Translations under genes and position numbers: made by a program
Assembly: GCA_041739995.1 (NCBI GenBank)
Contig: JBGSMV010000031.1
Location: forward strand, 107,640-171,639
Origin: Bdellovibrionota bacterium
Lineage (GTDB): Bacteria > Bdellovibrionota_C > UBA2361 > JBGSMV01
Reading direction: 5' to 3'
DNA: 64,000 bases
Shown: one piece after another, positions 29,974-39,841 of the stretch
Layout of the letters: every line of letters starts with the position of its first letter
Numbering within the stretch: position 1 is the stretch's first letter
Notes under the pieces: generated by a model
Told to the model about the DNA's origin: nothing
Databases searched by the model: none
The model's input: the letters and a program-made list of their open reading frames with translations, nothing else

Positions 29974-30768
29974 ATGACTAGAATGCGAACCCTCATTGTC
30001 ACTTCCTCCCTCCTCCTCTCATTGTTTGTCTTGGCCTCTACAGTTTCTGCCCAAGATTCAACCGATGAAGATCTAAGGGAAAGCTCTGGCCGCGACTCCC
30101 AATACGGCACAATTGATCTGGATCTGTCGGAGGAGCGCGAAAAAAGTTCTTACTCTGACGTTCAAAACGCGACCATCTCTGCCTTTAACCAACTGCGCAC
30201 CACCGCACGAACCCTTGCCGAAGCAGGGAGTGCCTCTGTTCCGCCGCTCGCTGATGACATGTTGAGCTATCTCACTGCCGTTTATCTGTACTGCGCGGTA
30301 CACAATGGCACCTGCCCTCTCGTACTCGAGGCAATTCTTGAAGTAGATATTATGAACGCTAAGCTTGCGGGCTCAGCTACATGTCCGAACATGAAACGTT
30401 TTTGGAACGCGTGGGTCGCCAGTGACATGGAAGAGCGTCACAAGTTTCTCGTGAAAACCTCACACATCAACACCTATTCTGAATTTAACACCAAGACTCG
30501 TCCTAAATTTCTGCGCTGCGAAGAGACCGTCAAGCAAGAAATTAGTGGTCCAGGTTCTGGGCAGGGCTTCTTTCGCGATCGCTATCGTGCCGGAGCCCCA
30601 AAGGAAAAGATTTTTGACCGCATGCATTCCTTGCTGCTTCAGATTCAAGAGAAGATACCGAATGTCTTTGTGGCCACCGGCTCACAACCGCCACTTCCCA
30701 AAGAACAACAAAGGGCGACGAAGCCCAAGGGATCGGGTGCTGTCAGACGAAGCGCACCGAGACGCTAG
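29974..30768 (+). CDS. Secreted hypothetical protein
   Basis: Signal peptide ending VSA|Q; four Cys; ends 9 nt before the glycogen synthase ATG. Confidence 0.7.
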   Translation: MTRMRTLIVTSSLLLSLFVLASTVSAQDSTDEDLRESSGRDSQYGTIDLDLSEEREKSSYSDVQNATISAFNQLRTTARTLAEAGSASVPPLADDMLSYLTAVYLYCAVHNGTCPLVLEAILEVDIMNAKLAGSATCPNMKRFWNAWVASDMEERHKFLVKTSHINTYSEFNTKTRPKFLRCEETVKQEISGPGSGQGFFRDRYRAGAPKEKIFDRMHSLLLQIQEKIPNVFVATGSQPPLPKEQQRATKPKGSGAVRRSAPRR

Positions 30769-30777
30769 AGATACCCT

Positions 30778-32580
30778 ATGACACCGGCTTCACCCTCTAC
30801 ACGTCTATTTGAAATCGCCTGGGAAGTCTGCAATCAGATTGGTGGCATCTATACGGTCCTAAAGACCAAAGCCCCGACCATGCTTCCGCGCTGGGGGAAT
30901 AACTACTTCCTGGTAGGGCCCTATGTCAGCGAATCTGCTGCCATCGAATTTGAGCCAGGCTCACCCGACGGCTTCCTTAAGCAAGCAATCGATCGACTTG
31001 CTCGCGCAGGCTTAGTAGTCCACTACGGTCGCTGGCTCATCAAGGGAAAACCTCAAGTTCTCCTCATAGATTATTCAGCGCGCTTTGATTCTCTCCACGA
31101 ACAAAAATATTTCCTGTGGAAGGATCATGGAGTCGCACTCCCAGAACATGATCTAGAGGTGAATGGTTGTGTCGCCTTCGGCTGCGCGGTAGTGGAAGTT
31201 CTGACCGTCATTTCTGAAACATACAGAAATCAAACCTTCATCGCCCATTTTCACGAATGGATGTCAGGCACCGCCCTCGCGCGAATCAGACATTTGCGCC
31301 TCCCTATAAAGACTGTTTTCACCACCCACGCCACTCTGCTGGGTCGTTACATTGCTTCTGATAATCCAAACTTCTACGACGAGCTCGACCATATCGACCC
31401 CTACGCTGCGGCGCGTCATTACAACATTGAAGCTCGCTTTCAGTTGGAGCGCTTGGCTGCACACACTTGCGATGTCTTTACCACCATAAGTCGAGTCACT
31501 GCCCGCGAGACCGAGCATTTTCTTGGCCGCAAGCCAGATCTTCTGCTTCCAAATGGCATTAATCTTGAACGCTTTACTGCGCTACATGAATTTCAGAACT
31601 TACACCGAAAGTACAAGGAACGCATTCATGAGTTCGTCATGGGGCACTTCTTCGGGTCCTATAGTTTTGAACTAGACCGGACGCTCTACTTTGTAACTAG
31701 CGGACGTTACGAATATCGCAATAAGGGCATTGATGTCTTCGTTGAAGCGCTGCATCGCCTGAACCAGCGCCTCAAAGAAATTTTCGATCCTCCCACCATT
31801 GTCGCCTTCATCATTACCAAGGCGGAAGTTAAATCTCCGAATGTGAGTACTCTTCAGCGCCACTCCATGCTCGACGATCTTAAGAACATTTGCGGCGACG
31901 TTGAGGCAGATCTCGCCAAACGACTGCTCTCTGTAGTTTCAACCGGAAGTTTCCCTGAATACGAAGATTTGCTTTCGCACGACTCGCAAGTTCGACTAAA
32001 GCGTGCGATGCATGCCCGGAAAACAAATAAGCTCCCTTCGATAGTGACCTACGATCTTGCCGACGACTCGAACGACCCTATTCTTCGGCATCTTCGTCAT
32101 CGTCGGCTCTTTAACGAACCCAGCGATCCGGTTAAAGTTGTTTTTCATCCCCAATTCATCAATGCCACAGGGGCATTGCTCAACCTTGACTACGATCAGT
32201 TCGTGCGTGGTTGTCACTTAGGGATTTTCCCCAGTTACTATGAGCCATGGGGCTATACTCCACTTGAGTCATTAGCTCTCGGCATTCCTACCGTCACTAC
32301 CGACCTGGCAGGTTTCGGCGATTTTGCTGAACAGAATGTAAAGGGCGTCGGCGAGCATAGCTTAAAGGACAGCGGCATATTTGTTCTCAAGCGCAGTCAG
32401 GTGTCTTCTGAGCGCTCCATCGATGATCTCACTAATTATATGCTTGATTTCGTACAGCTCGGTCGAAGAGAGCGGATCGAGCTTCGCAATCGCTCAGAGA
32501 GTCTTGGCGAACAGTTCGACTGGTCGCGACTGGTGAACTTTTACCACCAAGCCCATCAACTCGCCCTGAAAGCACCCTAG
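30778..32580 (+). CDS. Glycogen synthase, GT3 family
   Basis: FEIAWEVCNQIGGIYTV, HFHEW, FTTHATLLGR, SGRYEYRNKG, GCHLGIFPSYYEPWGYTPLE. Confidence 0.93.
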   Translation: MTPASPSTRLFEIAWEVCNQIGGIYTVLKTKAPTMLPRWGNNYFLVGPYVSESAAIEFEPGSPDGFLKQAIDRLARAGLVVHYGRWLIKGKPQVLLIDYSARFDSLHEQKYFLWKDHGVALPEHDLEVNGCVAFGCAVVEVLTVISETYRNQTFIAHFHEWMSGTALARIRHLRLPIKTVFTTHATLLGRYIASDNPNFYDELDHIDPYAAARHYNIEARFQLERLAAHTCDVFTTISRVTARETEHFLGRKPDLLLPNGINLERFTALHEFQNLHRKYKERIHEFVMGHFFGSYSFELDRTLYFVTSGRYEYRNKGIDVFVEALHRLNQRLKEIFDPPTIVAFIITKAEVKSPNVSTLQRHSMLDDLKNICGDVEADLAKRLLSVVSTGSFPEYEDLLSHDSQVRLKRAMHARKTNKLPSIVTYDLADDSNDPILRHLRHRRLFNEPSDPVKVVFHPQFINATGALLNLDYDQFVRGCHLGIFPSYYEPWGYTPLESLALGIPTVTTDLAGFGDFAEQNVKGVGEHSLKDSGIFVLKRSQVSSERSIDDLTNYMLDFVQLGRRERIELRNRSESLGEQFDWSRLVNFYHQAHQLALKAP

Positions 32581-32586
32581 GGGTCT

Positions 32587-32640
32587 GTGACACAGGCACA
32601 GGCGAGCGAAGGCGGACCCTCATAAACAGGGCTGTGTCAC
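32587..32640. terminator. Hairpin between convergent glycogen synthase and paaD
   Basis: gtgacacag...ctgtgtcac 9-bp inverted repeat with an inner ccct/aggg stem. Confidence 0.4.
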
Positions 32641-32681
32641 TGACTCCTAGACGGTTTCCACTACGGAGACTGCCGCCATTT

Positions 32682-33185
32682 CTAAATGGGCTTGAAGTAT
32701 TCGAACGGCTGTCGACACTCATTGCAAAAGTAGAATGCTTTGCAGGCTGTAGCACCAAACTGACTACGCAGTTCGGTACGGGCCGACTCGCAGAATGGAC
32801 AAGGAACAACCTCGTCCGGAGCACGAGCACCAATTTTGACAAGCGACTGAGCGTCACCTATCGGCGGCGCGATGCCGTAGCGTCTAAGCTTTTCCTTGCC
32901 TTCGGTGCTTAGCCAATCAGTAGTCCAGGCTGGTGAATATATTCGATGAGCTTCTACGTTCTTGAAACCCGCTTTCACTAAGGCTGCGGTAACATCCTGC
33001 TCAATCACTTCCATGGCAGGGCAACCAGAGTAGGTCGGGGTAATATCAACGTGTAATACCGAGGCGCCTTCATCCCAGCGGACCTGGCGAATAATTCCCA
33101 TTTCCAGAACACTGATCACTGGAATCTCAGGGTCCATCACCGTCTGAAGAACTTTAAAGACTTCGGATTCTGAATATTTCTGCAT
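32682..33185 (-). CDS. paaD: Phenylacetyl-CoA epoxidase subunit PaaD
   Basis: VMDPEIPVISV, TPTYSGCPA, PAWTTDW, CPFC...FGATACKA..C..C..PFEYFK. Confidence 0.95.
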   Translation of the reverse strand: MQKYSESEVFKVLQTVMDPEIPVISVLEMGIIRQVRWDEGASVLHVDITPTYSGCPAMEVIEQDVTAALVKAGFKNVEAHRIYSPAWTTDWLSTEGKEKLRRYGIAPPIGDAQSLVKIGARAPDEVVPCPFCESARTELRSQFGATACKAFYFCNECRQPFEYFKPI

Positions 33186-33244
33186 GAAACTGCACCTCCC
33201 TCACACCCGCACCAAGGAAAAGGCTGCGAAGTCTATTCGATGCT

Positions 33245-34051
33245 TTACCAAGAAGCCCCAGGATGCGCTCGCGCAAGGCTCTGCATCTCTGCCAGTAGAA
33301 TGCCCATGTTCTCAGTATGCACACCGCGGCGACCGCCAGAATGCATCCAGCAATCCGCTGGAACCTTAAGGGTGGCTTCCTCTAAAATACTACGCACCTG
33401 CGCCGACCACTGACCTTTCAGAGACTCGACAAGCGGGGTCCCGTATACGGAGTTCATACGGGCATCAATATCGTCGGGAATAAAGAACTCCCCCGTAAAT
33501 GACCAGAGCTCTTCTAGGGCGCTCGAGATGCGCGCGTGACTCTCCGCAGTACCGTCGCCTAAGCGGATGACCCACTGCGCACTGTGACGCGCATGGTACG
33601 AATGTTCCTTGAAGCTCTTCGCCGCCAATGCAGCCAAGTCTGATTGAGTAGCTTTTTGGAGCTGCTCCGTGTGCAGTACTGCAAAGCAGTCGAAGAAAAA
33701 CTGTCTGAGAATAGTAAAGGCGAAATCTCCTTTCGAAAGTTCCGTCAGTTGAGCATTTCTGAACTGTCTTTCATCACGAAAATACGCGAGCAGATCATCA
33801 CTGCGGCCTTGATTCTCAACTGAAGCCGCAAGTGCCAGAAAGGCCTGCCCCTGCCCAATAAGGTCGAGTCCGATGTTGCCGAGAGCCAGATCCTCTTCCA
33901 GAATTGGCCCATGCCCACACCACTCAGAAAGGCGATGCCCAAGAATAAGTCGATCGTCACCAAGTCGTAAGAGGTACTCAAAAAGCGCCGGATCGCCTGA
34001 AAGCGCCGTTGCTCCCTTCGGCCCCACACTGCTGTTCTTTGAGGCACTCAT
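33245..34051 (-). CDS. paaC: Phenylacetyl-CoA epoxidase subunit PaaC
   Basis: GDDRLILGHRLSEWCGHGPILEEDLA, RLGDGT, EMQSLARAHPGASW. Confidence 0.96.
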   Translation of the reverse strand: MSASKNSSVGPKGATALSGDPALFEYLLRLGDDRLILGHRLSEWCGHGPILEEDLALGNIGLDLIGQGQAFLALAASVENQGRSDDLLAYFRDERQFRNAQLTELSKGDFAFTILRQFFFDCFAVLHTEQLQKATQSDLAALAAKSFKEHSYHARHSAQWVIRLGDGTAESHARISSALEELWSFTGEFFIPDDIDARMNSVYGTPLVESLKGQWSAQVRSILEEATLKVPADCWMHSGGRRGVHTENMGILLAEMQSLARAHPGASW

Positions 34052-34052
34052 A

Positions 34053-34382
34053 TCAAAACACCTTCACGCCGCGCGGAACTGTATAAAACTGCGGGTGGCG
34101 GTAAACTTTGTCTTCGGCAGGATCAAAAAAAGAACCAACATCCGACGGATTGGAAGCAGTAATCTCTTGAGAAGGAACGACCCAGATACTGTTCAACTTT
34201 CCACGCCGAGCATACACATCTCTGGCGTTCTGAAGTGCCATCTCCCCATCGGGAGCATGCACACTGCCGGCGTGCTCATGAGGAGATCCTTTGGTTCCCT
34301 CCTGCACGAACACTTCCCAAAGTGGCCACTCGGCACCGGTGTTGTCTTTGCTGCTGCCCTTAGTTTTATCTTTATCACTCAT
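34053..34382 (-). CDS. paaB: Phenylacetyl-CoA epoxidase subunit PaaB
   Basis: [36 protein letters not shown]. Confidence 0.95.
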   Translation of the reverse strand: MSDKDKTKGSSKDNTGAEWPLWEVFVQEGTKGSPHEHAGSVHAPDGEMALQNARDVYARRGKLNSIWVVPSQEITASNPSDVGSFFDPAEDKVYRHPQFYTVPRGVKVF

Positions 34383-35320
34383 GCTGCAGCTCTCTCTTGC
34401 TTTTTCTTGGCGTAGGCTTCCGCGGCTGCTCGCACCCAAGCTCCATTTTCATGGGCTCGCCGACGGGCAAGAAGTCGCTCACGATTACACGGTCCGTTAC
34501 CGCGAATAACCTCATTAAACTCAGTCCAGTCAATCTCTCCGAACTTCCAATCACCGCTCTCTTCGTCATACTTCAACTCTGGATCTGGTATCGTCAGATT
34601 GACTGCGGTCGCTTGCGGTATCGTCAAATTCACAAAGCGTTGTCGAAGCTCGTCATTAGTCTTGCGCTTTACCTTCCAACGTAAAAGCTCCGCACTGTTC
34701 GGCGAGTCCTTGTCTGAAGGCCCAAACATCATCAAAGACGGCCACCACCAACGGTTGACCGCGTCTTGCACCATGGCGTGTTGTGCTTCGGTGCCCGCAG
34801 CAAGAATTGAAACACTTTCATAGCCTTGCCGCTTATGAAAATTCTCTTCCTTACAAACCCTCACCATAGCTCTCGCATATGGTCCGTAGGACGCCTTTGC
34901 AAGTATCGTTTGGTTAACAATCGCCGCGCCGTCTACAAACCATCCAATCACTCCGATATCAGCCCAGCTAAGCGTGGGATAATTAAAGATGCTCGAGTAC
35001 TTGGCCTTTCCTGAAAGAAGTTGTTCGGTGAGTTCCGCTCTATCAATGCCCAGGGTCTCTGCGGCACAATACAAATAGAGCCCATGTCCGGCTTCGTCTT
35101 GGACTTTTGCGAGTAGTGAAATTTTTCGGCGCAGGCTCGGCGCACGCGTCAGCCAGTTTCCTTCTGGCAACATTCCGACGAGCTCAGAGTGCGCATGTTG
35201 AGAGATCATGCGAATCAGCTGGGAGCGATAACGCTCCGGCATCCAATCCTTGGGCTCGATAGATTCGCCGTTCGCAATGCGTTGCTCGAACTCTTCCACT
35301 TTCTGAGGATCATCCATCAT
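34379..35320 (-). CDS. paaA: Phenylacetyl-CoA epoxidase catalytic subunit PaaA
   Basis: [41 protein letters not shown]. Confidence 0.97.
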   Translation of the reverse strand: MMDDPQKVEEFEQRIANGESIEPKDWMPERYRSQLIRMISQHAHSELVGMLPEGNWLTRAPSLRRKISLLAKVQDEAGHGLYLYCAAETLGIDRAELTEQLLSGKAKYSSIFNYPTLSWADIGVIGWFVDGAAIVNQTILAKASYGPYARAMVRVCKEENFHKRQGYESVSILAAGTEAQHAMVQDAVNRWWWPSLMMFGPSDKDSPNSAELLRWKVKRKTNDELRQRFVNLTIPQATAVNLTIPDPELKYDEESGDWKFGEIDWTEFNEVIRGNGPCNRERLLARRRAHENGAWVRAAAEAYAKKKQERAAA

Positions 35321-35417
35321 TCAATCTCTGATTTTACGAGTCCCCTCGCAGTGTAACCACTGTTTCTCGTTGGGGCAATTTACATGCAATTTCAATAGAT
35401 TAGCAGCCCGGGGGGTC

Positions 35418-36710
35418 TTACGCCGCGAACTCTTCGCGCATCGCATCCTCAAAAGAAAGCCTCTCTTTGCTAGCCGATTTCTCCGCACGAGTAGCAGCCT
35501 TATAGGAAGCCTCTTCAAGCTTCTTTGCGGCCCCAAGAATATCTTGCATCTTAAACTCCCGCCCTTCTCGTCTGGAGAAGTACTCTTCCACCGCAGTCAG
35601 ATATCCCATCATGCCGCACAGCTCTGTAGGACAATACTGCTTGCCATTTATTCGCAAACGCTCAGCATCATTTGCATCAGGCATCACCAGATTCTCGCAG
35701 CCACACAGCACTCGAATACTCTTATTGGCAATAACCGCATCGACTGCAACCTTATCCAAAGAGCCAGCACTCGCGTTCAGCACCAACGCATCAAACGCCT
35801 GGATAAGAAATTCGGCCTTCTGGTCAAGACTAAAAACCTTCACTCCTCGCTGCTCGAGCATTTTTCGTTTTTCTGCTCCCGACTCAACTACAAAAAGCCT
35901 GCTCAGCACTTCACTTCCCAAGGTCTCTTCAAGGCGACGCACTAAGTGTTTCCCGATATTTCCGAATCCAATCATTCCGATTCGCGCACGCTTCGGGTCG
36001 ATTCCCACGCCCCGCAACATTCCGAATAAAGTGTAAAGATTGCCCTCTGCGGTTGGTCCGGAAGTATCAGAAACTACGCTGCCATGAAAATGCTCGTGTA
36101 AGAACTCTAAGGAAGAAGTCTTGCCATCAGAAAGCATGCCGTGCCCGAGATCTTGTCCGGTCGTAACATGCACTCCGGAATGAGTTTCGAAATCTGCTAA
36201 CGCCGCGACCGCGAAACGAAGCATCTCAATATCATTTGGCTGTCCAACCCTGGATGTTGAGCTTGGGAGCAATACGCACTTGCCACCAACTACTTGATCT
36301 AAGTGCTTTAGTCCAAGCGGGCCTGCGACTCGAATAAGCCTAGACCAATAAACTTTCTCCTCCATGCCACACGCCAGACCAATAGCCTCTTTCTCAGGAG
36401 TAAAGTTTGTCGCACGTTCACGATCTTCTGGCACAATTCGAAAGCCGCCTAGAGAAAAAGTCTGAGACCCCTGTTTCCCAAGCGTGCCGATACATAGCAC
36501 CCATGGGCGACCAGCGGCCCCGTTCGTAGCGGTGGCCGAAGCAGTTGACGTATAGCGATAAAGCATCACATGCGCTGGAAACTCGTGTTCACCAGTTCCG
36601 GCAATTCTAGATGCACTCATGAGCGCCCGACACTCATTGGTCCCAAGCACCTCTCTTACAAACGGACTTTGTTCATTGCTCGTCATACGCTCTGCTGCCT
36701 GTGCACACAT
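35418..36710 (-). CDS. Divergent Glu/Leu/Phe/Val-family amino-acid dehydrogenase
   Basis: LGGFR, GMEEK, GGKCV, TGQDLG, DTSGPTAEG, Rossmann IGFGNIG, CGCEN. Confidence 0.72.
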   Translation of the reverse strand: MCAQAAERMTSNEQSPFVREVLGTNECRALMSASRIAGTGEHEFPAHVMLYRYTSTASATATNGAAGRPWVLCIGTLGKQGSQTFSLGGFRIVPEDRERATNFTPEKEAIGLACGMEEKVYWSRLIRVAGPLGLKHLDQVVGGKCVLLPSSTSRVGQPNDIEMLRFAVAALADFETHSGVHVTTGQDLGHGMLSDGKTSSLEFLHEHFHGSVVSDTSGPTAEGNLYTLFGMLRGVGIDPKRARIGMIGFGNIGKHLVRRLEETLGSEVLSRLFVVESGAEKRKMLEQRGVKVFSLDQKAEFLIQAFDALVLNASAGSLDKVAVDAVIANKSIRVLCGCENLVMPDANDAERLRINGKQYCPTELCGMMGYLTAVEEYFSRREGREFKMQDILGAAKKLEEASYKAATRAEKSASKERLSFEDAMREEFAA

Positions 36711-36765
36711 AAGAAGTTCTCCGAACGATACACCGATAGAAAAACACTACTTTCATCACAAGTCG

Positions 36766-38391
36766 TTAGGCCATGGCCGCTAACAGCTCCGTGGCCCCCG
36801 GGGCAATTACCGTATCCAGCGCTTCACCTTCAAGGAGATTCGGGAAGTCCGTATTAAAATGAAGCCCTCTGCTTTCCTTGCGCAAAAGCGCACAGCGAAT
36901 CACTAGGTTCGCGACAAGACTAAGGTTTCTAAGCTCCAATAAATCGGGGGTTACTTTAAAATTCCAATAATAATCTTTAATTTCTTGTTCAATATTTTCG
37001 CTACGGTGCAAAGCCCTCTCTAGCCGCCGATTAGTCCTTACAATTCCAACGAAGTTCCACATGAAGCGACGAATTTCTTCCCAGCTCTGAGCAATAACGA
37101 CCTGCTCATCGCTATCAACCGCACTTCCCGCGTCCCAAATAGGAACCGGAATTTCCTGTTTATGCTTTTGAAATGTATTTAGAGAATGTGCTGCCGCGCG
37201 AAAGCCAAAAACCACGCCCTCAAGTAAGGAGTTAGAGGCGAGTCGATTCGCTCCATGCAAACCGGTGCATGCAGTTTCCCCACCAACATACAAATCAGTT
37301 ATTCCTGTTCTGCCCCACTCATCAACTACCACTCCACCACAGAGATAGTGCGCTGCGGGCACTACTGGTATCGGCCCTTTGGTAATATCAAATCCGTAAC
37401 CAAGGCAACGTTCATAGATGGTGGGGAAATGCTCCTTTACAAATTCGGCGGGGCGGTGAGAGATATCAAGCAATACATGCTCTTCGCCATGAGTCTTCAT
37501 CTCGTTATCAATGGCGCGAGCCACCACATCGCGAGGAGCAAGCTCTTTTAGCTCATGGTAGCGCTGCATGAACTCTTCGCCATTTACGCGACATAGGCGT
37601 GCGCCCTCACCGCGCATTGCTTCGGTGATAAGAAAATTTCGCGCCTGCGGGTGAAACAAACAGGTCGGGTGGAATTGAAAGAACTCAAGATTAGCGACCC
37701 GAGCACCTGCTCGATAACACATCGCAATTCCGTCACCCGTAGCAACGTCAGGGTTTGAAGTGTAGAGGTAGACTTTTCCTGCACCACCGGTCGCGACAAA
37801 AATTTTATCCGCGATAATCCGATCAATCTCACCGTCTGGCATGAGTACATAGGCGCCGAGTGCACGATTTCCGTTTGAGCCGTTGCTGGTGCGCTTCTGA
37901 GAAACCTTTCGACTGGTAATAATATCAATCGCGCTGGTTCCTTCGAGAAACTTAATGCGCGGATGTTCCAGAGCTGCCGAGAGCAGCGCGCGTTGAATCT
38001 CAGAACCGGTCGCATCAGCGGCATGAAGAATGCGTCGCCGAGAATGCCCACCTTCTCGATGCAGGTGATAGCCGCTTCCGTCTGATTCTCGGTCGAACTT
38101 GACTCCGAGCCGCACTAGTTCCTCAATCCTGGCTGGCCCCTCTTTGACCACCAACTCCACAATCTCTCTGTTGCAGAGCCCTGCTCCAGCCGTAAGTGTA
38201 TCTTGAATGTGAAGTGAGAAGTCGTCGTCCTGAGCGGAGACGGTAGCGATTCCACCTTGAGCCCAGGCAGTCGAAGAGAGATGCGGACCTTTTTTAAACA
38301 GAATCGCCACACTGCCCTTCTGCGCCACTTCAAGCGCATAGGTCAGTCCAGCGATGCCACCACCAAGAACAAGGAAGTCATATTCCTGCAT
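36766..38391 (-). CDS. nadB: L-aspartate oxidase
   Basis: GGGIAGL, WAQGGI, REGGHS, FQFHPT, ELAPRDVVAR, LHGANRLASNSLLEG, ESRGLH. Confidence 0.96.
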   Translation of the reverse strand: MQEYDFLVLGGGIAGLTYALEVAQKGSVAILFKKGPHLSSTAWAQGGIATVSAQDDDFSLHIQDTLTAGAGLCNREIVELVVKEGPARIEELVRLGVKFDRESDGSGYHLHREGGHSRRRILHAADATGSEIQRALLSAALEHPRIKFLEGTSAIDIITSRKVSQKRTSNGSNGNRALGAYVLMPDGEIDRIIADKIFVATGGAGKVYLYTSNPDVATGDGIAMCYRAGARVANLEFFQFHPTCLFHPQARNFLITEAMRGEGARLCRVNGEEFMQRYHELKELAPRDVVARAIDNEMKTHGEEHVLLDISHRPAEFVKEHFPTIYERCLGYGFDITKGPIPVVPAAHYLCGGVVVDEWGRTGITDLYVGGETACTGLHGANRLASNSLLEGVVFGFRAAAHSLNTFQKHKQEIPVPIWDAGSAVDSDEQVVIAQSWEEIRRFMWNFVGIVRTNRRLERALHRSENIEQEIKDYYWNFKVTPDLLELRNLSLVANLVIRCALLRKESRGLHFNTDFPNLLEGEALDTVIAPGATELLAAMA

Positions 38392-38548
38392 AATTAGGCC
38401 TCTTGTCTCATAGGCGAGCGCAAAAGTCTTTCCACAACGATCGTAGGAAACCGTGCCCCTACGCAGGAAGCTGCCCCCCAATGTAGTGCAATCAAAACAG
38501 GTACTTAAATGTGTCTCCTGCGAACTATTCAGGCTATGTAGTCCTGTA

Positions 38549-39274
38549 ATGAACTCTCTTCAAGCAATCACCCGCCCATACGTAATTTTGAAGTGGGCTC
38601 AAACCTCAGACGGGTTCATCGCGCGCAGGGACTTTAGTTCTAAGTGGATTTCTGGTGAGGCCTCGCGCGAGCTGGTCCACCACTGGCGAGCGAAGGTGTC
38701 CGCCGTTCTTGTTGGCGCAAGAACTCTGTTGCACGATAATCCTGCGCTTACTGCGCGACCTGGCGGAACACTACTTCCATTCGAGCAACAACCTCTCCGG
38801 ATTGCACTTCTTAATCGAGGATTGATTCCTTCTGGATTTAAAGTTCTAGACAACTCAGCGCCAACACTAGTTATCACTGCGTTGGATAATCCCTTGCATC
38901 CTGCGACTATCTCCGCTGGTGCTACGCAAACAGAAACACTCGTGTTTAACACAACATATCCAGAGCAAACACTGAACATACTAAATAATCACAAAGTGCG
39001 CTCAGTGCTTATCGAAGGTGGCGCACAGACCCTGCAAGCGTTCATTGATGTGGAACTCTGGGATGAGGTCCATATCTTTCAATCACCACAGAGGTTTGAA
39101 AGCGGCATTCCAGCTCCGACTTTTAAGATTCTCCCTTTTAGTGGAGCAAGAACTGAGATTACCGAAGTAAGGTCTCAGCGCATCGAGTCTGATATTTTGG
39201 TCTCATATAAACGACGTGGAGCAACTGATGCCGCAGCACAACTCAACTTTCAATGCACCCTGGAAGATAATTGA
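38549..39274 (+). CDS. RibD C-terminal (pyrimidine reductase) domain-only protein
   Basis: RPYVILKWAQTSDGFIA, AVLVGARTLLHDNPALTAR, VLIEGG; no deaminase HAE/PC..C domain. Confidence 0.85.
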   Translation: MNSLQAITRPYVILKWAQTSDGFIARRDFSSKWISGEASRELVHHWRAKVSAVLVGARTLLHDNPALTARPGGTLLPFEQQPLRIALLNRGLIPSGFKVLDNSAPTLVITALDNPLHPATISAGATQTETLVFNTTYPEQTLNILNNHKVRSVLIEGGAQTLQAFIDVELWDEVHIFQSPQRFESGIPAPTFKILPFSGARTEITEVRSQRIESDILVSYKRRGATDAAAQLNFQCTLEDN

Positions 39275-39830
39275 AGAGCACATCTATGAAACTTTTAAGA
39301 TATTTCGCCTAAAGAAATCAGGCCGTATCAATCCGCGCACCGGAAAGCGTTTCGATTTCTTCCTGATGGACGGGCTTGATTGGGCCAATGTGATTGCGCT
39401 CACCAGTGATAATAAAGTGATTTTGGTAAAACAGTACCGTCATGGTTCAGAGAGTTTTACCTATGAAATTCCTGGTGGCTGTGTCGAAGTCGAAGAGAAT
39501 CCAAGTAACAGCGCTGCACGTGAGCTTAAAGAAGAGACTGGCTACGAGACTAAGTTAGATTTGGAGTTCTTGGGCACTATTCACCCCAACCCTGCTATGC
39601 AGGCTATGCGCTGCCATTGTTATATAGCGAGAAACGTCGAACGAACCCGCGAGCAAACTTTAGATCCTGGGGAAGATATCGAGGTAATCGTCAGGTCGTT
39701 GCCGGAGATTAAAGAGATGATTCTGTCAGGAGCAATTTCGCACTCTATCGTGCTTGCGGCGTTTGCGTTGTTTCAGCTTAGAGACGCTTCCTTAAACGGC
39801 AGAAATATCCGCGCCACGCCAAACTACTAG
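39228..39830 (+). CDS. Nudix hydrolase (ADP-ribose pyrophosphatase-like)
   Basis: QYRHG, EIPGG...AARELKEETG Nudix box, PNPA. Confidence 0.9.
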   Translation: MPQHNSTFNAPWKIIEEHIYETFKIFRLKKSGRINPRTGKRFDFFLMDGLDWANVIALTSDNKVILVKQYRHGSESFTYEIPGGCVEVEENPSNSAARELKEETGYETKLDLEFLGTIHPNPAMQAMRCHCYIARNVERTREQTLDPGEDIEVIVRSLPEIKEMILSGAISHSIVLAAFALFQLRDASLNGRNIRATPNY

Positions 39831-39841
39831 TTGCCCTAGTT

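Noticed and set aside
35370..36036. Long plus-strand ORFs opposite the dehydrogenase, and similar antisense ORFs over lon and dnaK
   Set aside because: Shadow frames of well-supported genes with no motifs or RBS.
36713..36739. GAAG-N15-ACCGATAG sigma-28-like match
   Set aside because: Points antisense into the end of nadB and lacks the AAACT core; shows that loose matches arise by chance.
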